Assembly (NCBI RefSeq): GCF_004010195.1
Contig: NC_057759.1
Location: 510,264 to 574,263, forward strand
Reading direction: 5' to 3'
Source of the DNA: Chiloscyllium plagiosum
Lineage: Eukaryota
DNA length: 64,000 bases
This document shows, one piece after another, positions 1 to 12,365 of this stretch. The translations under genes and the position numbers were made by a program. The notes beneath the pieces are model-generated. The model saw nothing but the letters and a program-made list of their open reading frames with translations. It did not search any database and had not been told where the DNA came from. The first letter of the stretch is position 1. The number at the start of each line of letters is the position of its first letter.

Positions 1-742
1 AGAAAGATGGGGTACTGGGCTAATGGTCGGATACTTGGTATTGTGGATGAGCAGAGGGATCTTGGTGTCCATGTACACAGATCTCTGAAAGTTGCCACCC
101 AGGTAAATAGTGCGGTGGAGAAGGCATATGGTGTACTGGCTTTTATTGGTAGAGGAATTGAGTTCCGGAGTGCTGAGGTCATGTTGCAGTTGTATAAGAC
201 TCTGGTGTGGCCGCATCTGGAGTATTGTGTGCAGTGTTGGTCCCCATACTAAAGGAAGGATGTGGAGGCACTGGTACGGGTGCAGAGGAGGTTTACCAGG
301 ATGTTGCTTGGTATGGTAGAAAGATCGTATGAGGTAAGGCTGAGGCACTTGGGGTTGTTTTCATTGGAGAAAAGAAGGTGTAGGGGTTACTTGATAGAGG
401 TGTACAAGATGATTAGGGGTTTAGATAGGGTTGACAGTGAGAATCTTTTTCGACGTATGGAGTCAGCTATTACGAGGGGGCATAGCTTTTAAATTAAGTG
501 GGGGTAGGTATAGGACAGATGTTAGGGGTAAGTTCTTTACTCAGCGAGTCGTGAGTTCATGGAATGCCCTGCCAGTAGCAGTGGTGGACTCTCCCTCATT
601 ATGGGCATTTAAGTGGGCATTGGATAGGCATATGGAGGATAGTGGGCTAGTGTAGGTTAGGTGGGCTTGGATCGGCGCAACATCGAGGGCCGAAGGGCCT
701 GTACTGCGCTGTATTCTTCTATGTTCTATGTTCTATGTTCTA
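1..742 (+). mobile_element. CR1-clade LINE, 3' end of ORF2 (RT C-terminus) and 3' UTR; relatively young copy
   Basis: ORFs 7-252, 262-492 and 431-655 read RDLGVHVHRSLK...YKTLVWPHLEYCVQCWSP...VQRRFTRM...LFSLEKRR...TRGHS...FFTQRVVSSWNALP, typical CR1 motifs. There is one stop (250-252) and a 1-nt frameshift near 490. It ends in a (TTCTATG)n tail. Confidence 0.95.
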
Positions 743-789
743 AGATTAAAAAAATGTCAGGCTATCCAGTTGCTTATTATAACTCAAAC

Positions 790-1385
790 CGTCCAATCTC
801 GATAAAATCCTTGTAAATCTCAATAATCTGATAACATCGTTCCTATATTAGGGCAACCAGAACTGTACATTGCACTCCAAAAGTTACTGCATGTAGACAA
901 TGTCTATTGCACTGCGCTCATTAATCACCCTGATCACCTCTTCAAAAGAAACAAATTTGTGAGTCACGATTTCCCACATACCAAAACATATTGGCTATCT
1001 CTCATCAGTCTTTGCCTCTCCAAGAATATATATATCCTATCTGTCAGAACTTCCTCCAACAACTTATACAACACTTGAGGTCAGACTCACTCGTCTATAG
1101 CTCCCAGTCTTCTCCTTTCCTAAATAGTGGCATATTAGGCTTTATTTAAAGCCTGTGAAAGGGTTCTACATGATAGAGTGGTTACTAAGTTAAATGTGAT
1201 GTCATGCCCTCTTGAAGAAGGAGCAATGAATATTCAGTGAATGGCAGGATATTAGGAAGGTCCGAGAAACAGAGGTATCTTATGTTATTTGTCCAAACAT
1301 CCATGAAGATGGCAGGGCACATTAATAGAGTGTAAAGAAGAGATATCAAACACTTATCTTTATCAGTTAAGGCATCAATTCAGAT
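790..1385. mobile_element. Degenerate CR1 fragments (minus ~790-1125, plus ~1200-1385)
   Basis: Patchy similarity to the CR1 ORF2 sequence of other copies in the window, e.g. ccagaactgtacattgcactccaa and actcactcgtctatagctcccag. Confidence 0.6.
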
Positions 1386-2159
1386 CGATGTGAATAGCTT
1401 ACAGCAGTTTCCACAGAAAAATAAAACCAAAGAGAATTCCGTAGGTGACTGTCCTTCTACTGCGTGAACACTTACAAAACATGAATGGTTCGTACCCGAT
1501 TTCAGTTCAACATTATGGCTTGTGTAAGTCTTGTCTCACTGCAGCTAATGAGATTGACCGAGAAGGGCAAGGTGCAACTAGTATTACTCAGAACACTGAG
1601 TATTTTGAAAGCTGCTTTTGGCAAAATAATTCTTTACCGATTTGTGCATTAAGCAGACCTCCAAAATAAACTCAGAGACTCGAAACCCCCCGAGACTGGC
1701 ATGAATTGCTAATCTTTTAATAGCACAAGACTTACTGTGACATTCACATTTTCTGGACATCATTATCAATTTTATTTCGCTCGTTCCATTTGCAAATGTG
1801 AGACTCAAAAGCAGAAATTCACATTATTCTATTGGCTTTCCATATCTGCCCTTGGGCATTGTTTAAAGTAGATGTTTAACAATGTCTTTTAAGCATATTT
1901 ATCAAAGGTATGTGTTGCATGGTTATGTTTAGAGAACAGTTGGATAAAACCGGATTTCCAAAACACCAATATGCCAATACTACTTTATAAATTGACATAC
2001 AGTACATGTTGAGCAATTCACAAAAAATAAATAAGTAGAGGCAGTGAATTTGGGATGTTGGACATTCTCCATATAATCAATAGGATGATTTTATTCTGAT
2101 TGTGCATTGAAAACAAAGTTAATGCCATGCGATAACAATTATTCTTGTTTTAATGAGGT

Positions 2160-2800
2160 CGTCAGAAATAGAATGTTAGCCCTTACTTCAAGGCAGTTGG
2201 AGTATAAGAGTAGGGAAGTCTTATTGCAACTGCCACATGATGTTGGGGAGACCACATCTGTAGCACTAGAAGTAGTTTTGCTCCCATTGTTTCAATGAAG
2301 AGGTCTTTTTATTGGACTGTGCTCAGACAGGTTTCACTGGAATCAACGCTGAAATGAAGGCATTGTCTTAAACCAATTGCTAAATAATTTGGGGGACGCT
2401 ACTCATTGGTGTTCAGAAGAATGAGAGGAGATCTGATTGAAACATATAGGAGCTCCACAAGGTCAACGCTGAGAGAATGTTTCCTCCTTGTTGGATAGCC
2501 AAGGCTAGAGTGTACAGCCTCAGAATAAAGGGGCACGAATAAAAGACTGCGATGAGGAAGAATTTCTTCTGTCAGAGGGTTGAAAGCTTTTGGAACTCTA
2601 TGCCACAGACAGCTGTGTGTGGGGGCAGAGTCCTTGTGTAAATTTAAGACTGAGACAGATAAATTCTTGATCAGTCAGTGAAATAAGGGAAAGGGCAGCA
2701 AAGTGGATGTGAGGAATGTGGGATCAGCCACAATCCTATCTGTTGGCAGAGCTGGTTTGTTGGGCCGAATGGCTTACTCCTGTTCCTATCTCTTATGATA
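2160..2800 (+). mobile_element. Decayed CR1 LINE 3' portion
   Basis: Reads LEYKSREVLLQL, then agaagaatgagaggagatctgattgaaacatat and gaatttcttctgtcagagggt. It ends with gggccgaatggcttactcctgttcctatctcttatg. Confidence 0.85.
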
Positions 2801-3199
2801 GGAAAACTAGTTTCTGATGACCACAACTCTTATGCCTATCACTAATACAGCTGCCAATGCATTCTGAAGTGAACAATTCCAAAGAAGAGCAACTCTACCC
2901 CCTTGACAACCATGAGTAGAACTTCTTTCTCATCATCATTGTAAATCGACCTCATTCCCGCTCTCCTACTCCAGATTTGTCTGCAACCTAAAGCATCTCA
3001 ACAAAGTACCTTTATTTTATTTAACATCATCTCTCATGCATCTTAGCAGCATTGTGAATAGGTCCAACGTGGATAATCTTCGACTGCAGTGGGCACCTTT
3101 TCTGCCGTGAAACCAGCCAGATGAATCTTCTATGAATGTTCTATAATGCAGTTGGATGTGTCCCTTTTGATTGTCATGGTGGCTACGTCACTTTTCATT

Positions 3200-3510
3200 G
3201 TCATGGTGGCTCAGTGATGAGCATTGTTACCTCGTATCACCAGCGATCTGAGTTCGATTCCAGCCTCGGGCGACTGCCTGTGTGGCGTTTGTATATTCAC
3301 TGCTTAAGTGCTCTGGTTTCCTCGTACAATCGAAAGATGTGCACATTAGTTGAACTGGTTTTACTAATATGCCAAAACTTTTCATGGATGTGTGTTTTAA
3401 AAAAGCATAATAGAGTAGGATAATGAATCTTGGTGGGTTACTCTTTCGAAGATCGGTGTGGACTTGTTGGGTCAAACAGCCTGTTTCCACATTGCAGGGA
3501 TTCTATGATA
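3200..3510 (+). mobile_element. Degenerate HE1-type V-SINE
   Basis: tRNA-like head (ggtggctcagtgatgagcattg...gagttcgattcc) and tail tcggtgtggacttgttgggtcaaacagcctgtttccac match the better copies at 6840 and 29420. Confidence 0.8.
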
Positions 3511-3724
3511 AATAAGGGGGACAAAGTCAATATAGTCATTGAGTATGTCTGCATCACGGTCCGAAAGTAGATTTCAAAATATCATATTCCAATATGTAAC
3601 AAAATCCAATATTCAACTGCTCTCTTAAAAGCCTTTTCTTTTAAAAATAAAGTGCTCCTTCCTATGTGGGCTGACAATTGTTTCTGTGCTAGCAGTATTA
3701 TGACTATATAGAGTTATACAGAGA

Positions 3725-4025
3725 CCTAGAAATGCCCTAGGGGTCTGCTGTTAAAATCCCCCCATGACAAACGGTGGAACTGAAAACAATAATAATCTGG
3801 AAATCAAAATATAATGATGAACATTAGAAACTTTGTCGATTGTTCGGTAAAGATCCATCTGGTACACTCATTAATGTTCTTTGGAAAATAAATCTGTCAT
3901 CCTTACCTCGTCTGGATCTAATGTGACCTCTATACCTCTGCGAAGCAGTTGACACTTAACAGCCCTATGGGCAATAATTATCGGCACAGGTAGCAATGCC
4001 CACATCATGTGAATGACTAAAAATA
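3725..4025 (+). mobile_element. Second shark SINE family (LINE-tail-sharing), degenerate
   Basis: atccatctggtacactcattaatg...ccttacctcgtctgg...gggcaataatta...atgcccacatcatgtgaatg matches the copies at 6240, 47180 and 57180. Confidence 0.7.
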
Positions 4026-4544
4026 ATCTGTTCCCTATCCATCCAAATCATATCCTAAGTGTTAATTTCTACTATCCAATTGAATGCAGGTAGTTCTTCT
4101 ATAACATTCTTGTGCAACTCGGCACTATAGAAAAATCCCTCCAACGAAACATTGCTTGAAGTGTTGGTGACATAATCGCATTACTGCAAACACATTTTGA
4201 AAGTTCACATTTCAGAAATCGTGTCCCCAAATCATAATCATATGATAGCAAATTCACTTTAACGAAATGTGCATTTTGTCAGAACGACCTGTTATTCTAT
4301 TTTCTCACGTTAAAATCTTTTCTTTGCCCATTTACTTCATCCATCACTTACCCGTTGAACCAACATTGTGACGTCCATACAATTTGTTATCTTTATCTAT
4401 TTTTGTAAAAAACAAAACTTTTCGCTACAAAGGATTAAGTCCATTTATCTTGTTCGTGACATTAATTGTAAACAATACTGATCGTTACTGCAGACCACTT
4501 GTACGGCTTCCGAATCTGATAATGGCCTAGCTTCATTCGCACTG

Positions 4545-5330
4545 AAGAAAATGGAATGCCTTTTTTGAGAGGACTGGAGTAGAACGAAATAGAAGTGATG
4601 CTGCAGTTATACAAAACCCTGGTTAGAATGTACTTAGATCAGATCTGGGCACCACACCTTAGGAAGGATACATTGGTCTTGGAGGAGTACATGATGGGTT
4701 TAGAAGAATGATTAATGGTCTTCAGAAGGTTAAGCTGTGAGAAGCAAAGAACAAATAGCAAAAAAAAAATTAACAGCCCAGGAACAGGGCCTTCGGCCAT
4801 CCAAATGAGCTGATCCAAATCGACTATCTAAACCTATCGCCCAATTCCCAAACATCTATATCCCTCTGTTCCCCACCTAGTCATGCATCTGTCCAGACGG
4901 ATCTTCAATGAATCTACCGTGCCTACCTCTACTCTGCAGGTAACGCATTCCAGGCACTTACCACCTAGGAAAAGTTTGAAAGTTAAGATGTGACCAGATT
5001 GAATTCTTCAAGACATAAACAGGAAAGGACAGAATAGACAAAGAGAGGTATGCCTATAACTGGGGAGGGCATAGTCTGAGAATGAAGTCCAGACTATTCA
5101 AGAGTAATATTTGGAAGCAGATATACACACAAAGGGTCATAGAAATCTGCAACTCTCTTCCACAAACAACAAGGGATGCCGGATCAGCTGTTAGTTTTCA
5201 ATGTGAGAGAGATACATTTTTGTTAGACAGAGTTCCCACACGGCATTAGGCCACACATCAGCCACAATCTCATTGAATGGTGGAACAGGTTCAAGGGGCT
5301 GAATGGCCTACTCCTGCCTACCTGATTTCT
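4545..5330 (+). mobile_element. Decayed CR1 with a nested minus-strand CR1 3' end (~4745-4968)
   Basis: The plus copy reads gtgatgctgcagttatacaaaaccctggttaga and ends aggggctgaatggcctactcctg. The nested segment aggaacagggccttcggcc...aacgcattccaggcac resembles the minus CR1 at 25700. Confidence 0.75.
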
Positions 5331-5394
5331 AAATAACAGTTTGGGTACTGTGAGAGAGGGATGGACAGGTGGCGATGCTAAAATAATACAAGGT

Positions 5395-5915
5395 GCTCGG
5401 GACGCTGGAGATCTGAACCAAGAACAGAAAGTGCTGGGGAAATTCAGCAGATCTGGCAGTGTTTGTGGAGAGAGAAAGCAACGGTTATGTTTCGAGTCAC
5501 AGTAACCCTTTTTCAGAAACAAAGAGAAGGAGATTAAAAACAAGGGGAAAACAAACGCAATGTTGATAGTCGTTGACAGGGAATGTTAACATCACACACC
5601 CCCAACACCTATATTGGTTACATTCAGCACTGCCAAACGTATTGTCAATTCCTCACTATCTCTATTATATAGCTTTTCTTCTTTCCTGGCTTCCAATTAA
5701 CCATCTCTTTGTCTGCCTAAGCTCTCTTTCTGGATTCTGTCTCCAACTACCTTTTACAGATCCTGCCGACCCCCAAACCCGACCCCCTGACTACTTTCTT
5801 CTAAAGGCTTGTGGTTCTAAGGAAAGGTCACTGGACTTGAAATGTTAACTTGCTTTTTCACTCTCCCAGATGCTGGCAGACCTGTTGAGTTTGCCTGGCA
5901 CTTCTTACTTAAAAC
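5395..5915. mobile_element. Penelope-like element remnant with inverted terminal (pLTR) halves
   Basis: 5395-5520 (minus) and 5815-5915 (plus) are reverse-complement related: ggtcactggacttgaaatgttaac...cagatgctggcagacctgttgag. They flank a pyrimidine-rich interior. Confidence 0.6.
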
Positions 5916-6239
5916 CTGCAATCTTAACTTTTTCTGCCTCTTTCCCCAAATGCTACCAGACATACTGAGGATCTCAAGTCTAAAGCCGATGTCTCCAATG
6001 TGAATCCAATTAATTTTACCTTGACTGATACTGAATGTCTGTCCATTTCGATCATTCCTCTTCAACTGTTCTCAGGAGTTTGTTATATCAGTGTCCTCTA
6101 TGATAAAGGCAGACAGAAGAATTCCATTCACTTGTCTGTCACTAATTTCATCCCAGTTAAATCCACAGATTCTCACCCCAAGGGGCGGAGCCTTAACATT
6201 AGGAACAGACCATTCAGGACAGATGCTGGAAAGTATTCT

Positions 6240-6560
6240 TTTTAATAATTGTTCATGGAATGTCGGTATGGCTAGCTGAGGCAGCATTTCTTGCCCGTCC
6301 ACAATTGCTCAGAGATCAGTTCACGGGCAATTACATCATTTTTTTGGTCTGGAGTCACGTGAAGGTCATAAAAGAAAGGTTAAGAGATTTCCTTCCCTAA
6401 TGACGTTAGTAAACCACATCGATATTTCTCGACAATTAGCATTTGTTTCATGATCTTCTTATGTCCAGGCTATCACTGGATTCAATTTCCACCATCGGCC
6501 ATTTCGGGATGCGAACCCAGCTCCCCAGAACGTTCCTTGGGTTCTGGATTAATAGTCTGC
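6240..6560 (-). mobile_element. Second shark SINE family copy
   Basis: ggtctggagtcacgtgaaggtc...gatttccttccctaatgacgttagtaaacca...aatttcccacc is the reverse complement of the 47180 copy. Confidence 0.75.
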
Positions 6561-6839
6561 CGAAAATATACATCAGATTAAGTGTGGGAGAGGTATACAA
6601 CTGCTTTCCTCAAACCACATTGGATGCTGGATAAATTATTTGATTTCGATCTGAGGAAAATGTATTTCTAGTAAGCAGAGTTATCAAGCAGTTGGAGACA
6701 AAGAACTGTTTATGGCGTTATGCGACAGATTAGCTTCAATGTCAATAATTGGCAGAACTGGTTCAAGAGAATGAATTGCCTACTCCTGTTCCTCTGAAAT
6801 TCTAACTGCTGCTATTTGCTTTTTTTTTTAGCATACTTT

Positions 6840-7127
6840 GGGCGGCACAGTGGCACAGTGGTTAGCACTGCTGCCTCACAGCGTTAGAGACCTGGGTTCA
6901 ATTCTCCGCCTCAGGCAACTGTCTGTGCCGAGTTTACACATTCTCCCCGTGTCTGCGTGGGTTTCCTCCGGGTACTCCAATTTCCTCCGACAGTCCAAAA
7001 ATGTGCAGGCTAGGTAAACTGCCCGTAGAGTTAGGTGTAGGAAATTGGATATGGGTGCGTTGCTCTTCGGAGGTTCAGTGCGGATTTGTTGGGCGGAAGG
7101 GCCTATTTCCACGCTGTGAGTAATCTT
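6840..7127 (+). mobile_element. HE1-type V-SINE
   Basis: tRNA-derived head gggcggcacagtggcacagtggttagcactgctgcctcacag...gggttcaattc; V-domain ttctccccgtgtctgcgtgggtttcctccggg; CR1-like tail. Confidence 0.92.
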
Positions 7128-7904
7128 ATTTGTTTAGGATATTTTTAGTCCTTTTTTCTGTATATTTCTTGTGCTTCTGCATACTTCACTTTTTCTGTCC
7201 TTTTCTGGTATCTAATAGTTCCCCAATCCTCTGGTGCACATACATCTTCGCAGCATTGGACCCCTTTGGCATTGAAACCATCACAAACACCTATTTCAGC
7301 AGAAATGAAAATCATGGTGGCCTCTCTTTCTCGTATTCGAGCCGGGTTCATCCTCTGAGCGGAGGCTGAACACCTTGGGTGGGAAATGCTTGCTGCATTT
7401 CCAACCTTTTTAAAGTTACGAGGCGACTTTGCGGACTCAGGGAACCAGGAGCGGATTCCCGTTGCATTAGTTGATGGGGAGGGAGGTGGGGATTGAATTA
7501 GTTCACCGGTTGAGCTTTAGCAAGCAACATTACTGATATGGACTGCATAGGTGGAGTGGTGGTGGGGTGGTTGGCCCTCATTGTTATGTTTTCACGCCCA
7601 CATAAATGCACGACTCTTCCCTGACACAGCCGAGGCAGATTCACTTTGCTTCAAACCATCCATGTTCGACCCAGCATAAATTGTTACATTTGTTGTCGAG
7701 CACATCGGGATAGTCGCTTTGCATTGAGCAACATAGAAAGTGGTGCTTGTAAAGTATGCGCCGATATCTTGTACGTTTCCTTCTTTTAAAAGCTGTTATT
7801 TGTCTCTCTATCACAAACTCTTGATTCCTATCAATCCCTTTTTTTACCACCCATACACTTTGTACCGAAGGTATAGATAGTAAGATTTCAGATTACACGA
7901 GAAT

Positions 7905-8770
7905 TAATGGTATTTAGAAAGAAGGCTATCTTAGAGTACAATGGGATCTTGATCAGACAGGCCAATGGGCCAAGTGATGGCAGATGGAGTTTGATTTGGA
8001 TAAATACATGGTATTGCATTTTGCTGAGGCAATCCAGAGTAGCACTTACACAGTTAATAGTAGGGTCCTTGGGAGTGTTGTCGACAAGAGGGACCTAGGG
8101 GTGCAGGTACATAGTTCTATGTCAGTGATATCGCTGGGAGTCAGAGTGGTGGGGGTGGTGTTTGGTACGATTGATTTCATTGGTCAGCGCATTTAATATA
8201 GGAATTGGGACATCATGTTGTGGCTACGTTGGTAAGACCATTTTAAAAATAATGCGTATCATTCTAGTCACCCTGCGGTAGGAAAGATGTTGCTAAAGTA
8301 GAAAGGGTAGAGAATATAATTACAAGGATGGTACCTGGATTTGAAGGTTGAGATTTTGGGAGAGGCGAGATAGGCAGGGACATTTTGTCCCTGGAGCATC
8401 GGATGCTGAGGGGTAACCTTACGGACGTTTGTAAAATCATGAGGGCCACAGATAAGGAGAATGGACAAGATATTGTCTCCAGGATTGGCGGATCTAAACC
8501 TGGAGGGCATAGGTTTACAGTCAAAGGTGAAAGATTTAAAAGGGAGCCGAGGGTAGTTGATATATGGAATAAGCTGCTAGAGGAAGTGGTAGAGGTAAGT
8601 ACAATTACACCACTTAAAAGACATTTAGACAGATATAAGAATAGAAAGCTTTAGAGTGATACACTTCAAATGGAGGTCAATGGAACTAGTTCAGTGTAAG
8701 AAAACTGGCCAGCATGGACGAGTTAGGCCGAAGGGTCTGTTTTCATGCTGCACGACTCAATGACTCTCTT
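7905..8770 (+). mobile_element. Decayed CR1 LINE 3' portion
   Basis: ORF fragments MEFDLDKYMVLHF...RDLGVQVHSS and SLEHRMLRGNL...RVVDIWNKL; (TGACTC)-type tail. Confidence 0.9.
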
Positions 8771-8914
8771 TCTTTTAAATTTGCTTCCAATGTTTATCTT
8801 TACCTTCAAGTTTCGTTAACATTCTCCTTAATCTCGCCAACGTCTTCCCATTTGTCCCTCTCTTTGCGCTGATTTTCCGTATCCTTCTTCATCTCAATCT
8901 CTCGATTAATTTAG

Positions 8915-9055
8915 AGTTGGAGGTGCCAATGTTGGGCACCTCCAATAGTGGGCAAAGTTAAAAATCACACAACATCACGTTATACTACAATAGATTTATT
9001 TGGAGTCACCAGCTTTCAAAGCAATGCTTCAAAAGCCAGCGCCTTCATTTAAACT
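8915..9055 (-). mobile_element. Short PLE-related palindromic element (family C), degenerate
   Basis: aaagttaaaaatcacacaacatcacgttatactacaatagatttatttggag...ctttc is the reverse complement of the 30730-30860 element. Confidence 0.65.
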
Positions 9056-9639
9056 TCTTGGCCTATAAGCAGTGTGTGTTATTTTTACCTCTATTAATCA
9101 ATGTGCACTTGTCGTAATCTTCTTCCCCCTCCAAGTATATTCTTTATCCCAGGACTCTGTCTCCACAGGCGAATCTAATCTGACTTTGTGTATCCAAGAA
9201 AATAAAAGAGTTTTCAGTTTGATTAAGAATCGTGTGCTTACCGAGGGGTTGTAACTGATTAAATTAGCGTTTTCACCAAGGATAAAAGAAACACAGACAT
9301 TCAATTTTCTCTCCTGACTGTTTTAGCAGTGAGACTCACTAGTTTATGTTGTCAATTGTTTGTGTGTGCTAATACCTGATGACCACTGAAATATAGGCCT
9401 AAAATGTTTAAAAAATTGCAGCCCCACACTTACCTTGGAGAGAGAGGCGTCTGGTGTTTCAACCAGAGGGTCACCACAGCTCACAGGAGGGAAACATTGA
9501 GATGGAGAGCCCTCAAGCAGTATCCGATTTGAATACATCATCAACCATTACCCACCAACCATTAGATCGAATCACCCTTGCCTAGCCTGCAGTTTATTAA
9601 ATGGTGACAAATAATATTTATTGGATCTATAATCTGTTA

Positions 9640-10110
9640 ACCAGGATGATTCCTGGGATGATGGGATTGTCTTACAAGTTAGCCTGAGACTCTACTCACT
9701 GGAGTTTAGCAGAATTGAGGTGATTTCACGGAAACGTTTAGGGGCTTGATGGGGTCAATGCTGAGAGAATGTTTCCCTCTCATTTAAGCGTCCACGACCA
9801 GAAGGTACAGTCTAAGAATCAAGAATCTAAGAGTCAATGTGGGACTGAGATCGGGGGGATTCTCTACTCTCGGAGCGATGAGTGCCTTTGAAACTCTCTT
9901 ACCACAACGAAAAGTGTGGGTGGGCAGAGCCTTTGTTTATATTTAAGGCGGAAGCAGGTACATTCTTGATTAATCAGTGAATCAATGGTTACAGGGAAAG
10001 TGGAAGTGAGTGATGTCGGATCAGCCAGGATAGTATTGAACAGTGGAGCAGACTCGAGGGGCCGAACGGCCTGCTGCTGTTCCTGTTTCTTATGCTAGTA
10101 TGACCTTATG
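9640..10110 (+). mobile_element. Decayed CR1 3' end
   Basis: Same family as 2160-2800; ends gaggggccgaacggcctgctgctgttcctgtttcttatg. Confidence 0.8.
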
Positions 10111-11299
10111 GAATGATCCCAAGCCTGGGGTTCCATATAAAGTCCGAACATGTTCTGTAAGTTGCATCTTTATCCAGTCGGCGCAAACCAGTGTCCAGAT
10201 GGAGACTGAAAACAACCTAATTTGGAGAGATTTTCCTCCTCCTTCCCAAACGCTGTGGGTCTTTTCAATGATTTGGTTCCTTTATCCAATACTTGGACAC
10301 GGTACTGTTAACTCAGGCTGTAGGAATAGGTTATAGATTTATCACTGATATTTCTGTCTTATTTTGAGGACTGAACTGAACAAGAGTGCATGGAAAACAA
10401 TGAGATCACCTCAAATGCTTGTTTCATTGTGGTGTGTTTGACTCCAACTGAAGTGAGTCTCCAACATGATGTACAGTCCCTCAAATGACATGGCTTGTGT
10501 TTTGACTTCCATGCCTTTAGCTAGCCCTTCTGAAGAATGGTCACTAGACTAGGAATATGAATGCTGTCGCTGTCTCTCCACAGATGCTACCAGCCCTATT
10601 GAGTTTCTCCTGCACTTTCTGGTGTCGTTTTCTTTAGCTGTTTCACCTCAGTAGTATCCATTGCACCAGCATTCAAGTTATTTCAATATTTGTTTCTGAT
10701 GTTGTGGCTCTGTCTTAACAGAGAGTGAACAATAATAAAGTTAACAGGAACGGATTTTAGAATTCCTCCTGTAAAACCATTTACAAGGTTATACCTTAAT
10801 ATTTACGAAAAAAACATGTTACTTTTTTATAGCGGTTTTCACAACTAATCATTCGCATCAGTGATATACTTACAGATGCCATCATGTTTTTAATGTGTGT
10901 ATTTGGAACTGCTGAGAGTATAATCCAGAAAAATAAAGACATATATTGGCTCAAACGTGTTCCCTATAAAATGGGAATTGAAGGCACAATAATCAATAAG
11001 GAATAAATACTATATCTAAAGATGTATTAGTGCACATCTATATATGTTGCATAAAGTCAAGTTTCAGATTAACAAGAGTCATTTAACAATCTCACCTCTG
11101 AACATTTTGATGTTTATTTCGAGCTGAGGGGTATAAAATAATAATGCAAAGTTGAAATGCCACAAACATGATGGTCAACGTCAATAATATAACACAAATA
11201 CCTACAGGGCATAGGATATCAGTGTCAAAAATCAGAGAATGTTAAAGAAACACAGCAGGTATGACACTATCTATGTACACAGAACAAACAGAAACCTGA

Positions 11300-12365
11300 A
11301 GCTCAAAGGGGAATTGCAAGATCGAGTCCAGGATTCTCTTCAGGTTAGTAGGCAGGTTCAGTTGGCAGTTAGGAAGGCAAATGCAATGTTAGCATTCATT
11401 TCGAGAGAGCGAGAATACTAGTACAGGGATGAACTGCTGAGGCTGTATAAGGCTATGATCAGACAACATTTGGAACGTTGTGAGCAGTTTTAGGCCCTTT
11501 ATGTGTAGAAAGATGAAGTTGGAGGGAGTTAAGAGGAGGTTCACAATGAAAATAACACCAATTACGGGCTTGTCACGTGAGGAGTGGTTAAAGAGAAGAT
11601 GTTTCCAGGAGTAGGAGAGACAAGGACCCGAGGGCACAGGTTCAGAGTGAAGGGATGACCCTGGAGGAAGTTCTGCAAACTGAGGATGGTGAATCTGTCG
11701 AACCTATTGCTGCAGAGTGCTGTGGAGGCCAAGTCATTGCGTACCTTTCAGAGAGAAGTCTATAGGTCCTTGCTTGGGAAAGGTGATCCAGGGTTACAGG
11801 CAGAAGGCAGGAGAATGGGTTTGAGAAACAAATCAGTCATGACCGAAACATAGCACAACATCAATGAGCTGAGTGCCCTAATTCTGCTCCTTTGTAGTAA
11901 TGTCTTATACCTTGTTCAAGCTGCTTGACAGAGTCATTGATGAGAGGATGATTTCCCCCGCATGGCAGAGTCTAGGACCAGAGGATACAGTCTCACAATA
12001 AAGGGGCACCAGTTGAAGACTCAGATGATAGGGATATCTTCGGTCAGAGGGTTGAGAGTTTTCAGAACTCCATGCCACAAAGTTTCTCTCCCTCTCTGTG
12101 TGCGTGTATGTGTGTGTGCGCATGTGCACGTGCGTGTGTGTGTGCCCGCGCGTCTGTGACTGTGTGCATGTCTGTGTGCGTATGTGGAGTCCACAATCCT
12201 TGTGTATATTGAAGACTGAGATATATTCTTCACTAGCTAGGGAATGAAAGGTTACAATCAGGAAATTGCTTGTGAGGACTGAGAGATCAGCCATGGTCTT
12301 ATTGGTGGATCAGGCTCGAGGGGCCCAACAGTCTACTCCTGTTCCTACTTCTTACGGTGTTATCG
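11300..12365 (+). mobile_element. Two tandem decayed CR1 3' portions; the second is interrupted by a (GT)-rich microsatellite at ~12095-12185
   Basis: Reads QVQLAVRKANAMLAFISR and SRTRGYSLTIKG; two CR1-type tails at ~11900 and ~12360. Confidence 0.85.

Noticed and set aside
7..655. ORFs resembling a host reverse-transcriptase gene
   Set aside because: They are the broken 3' end of a CR1 LINE (stop, frameshift, microsatellite tail), not a host gene.
6840..6915. tRNA gene-like A/B boxes
   Set aside because: This is the tRNA-derived head of an HE1 SINE, continuing into the V-domain and LINE-like tail.
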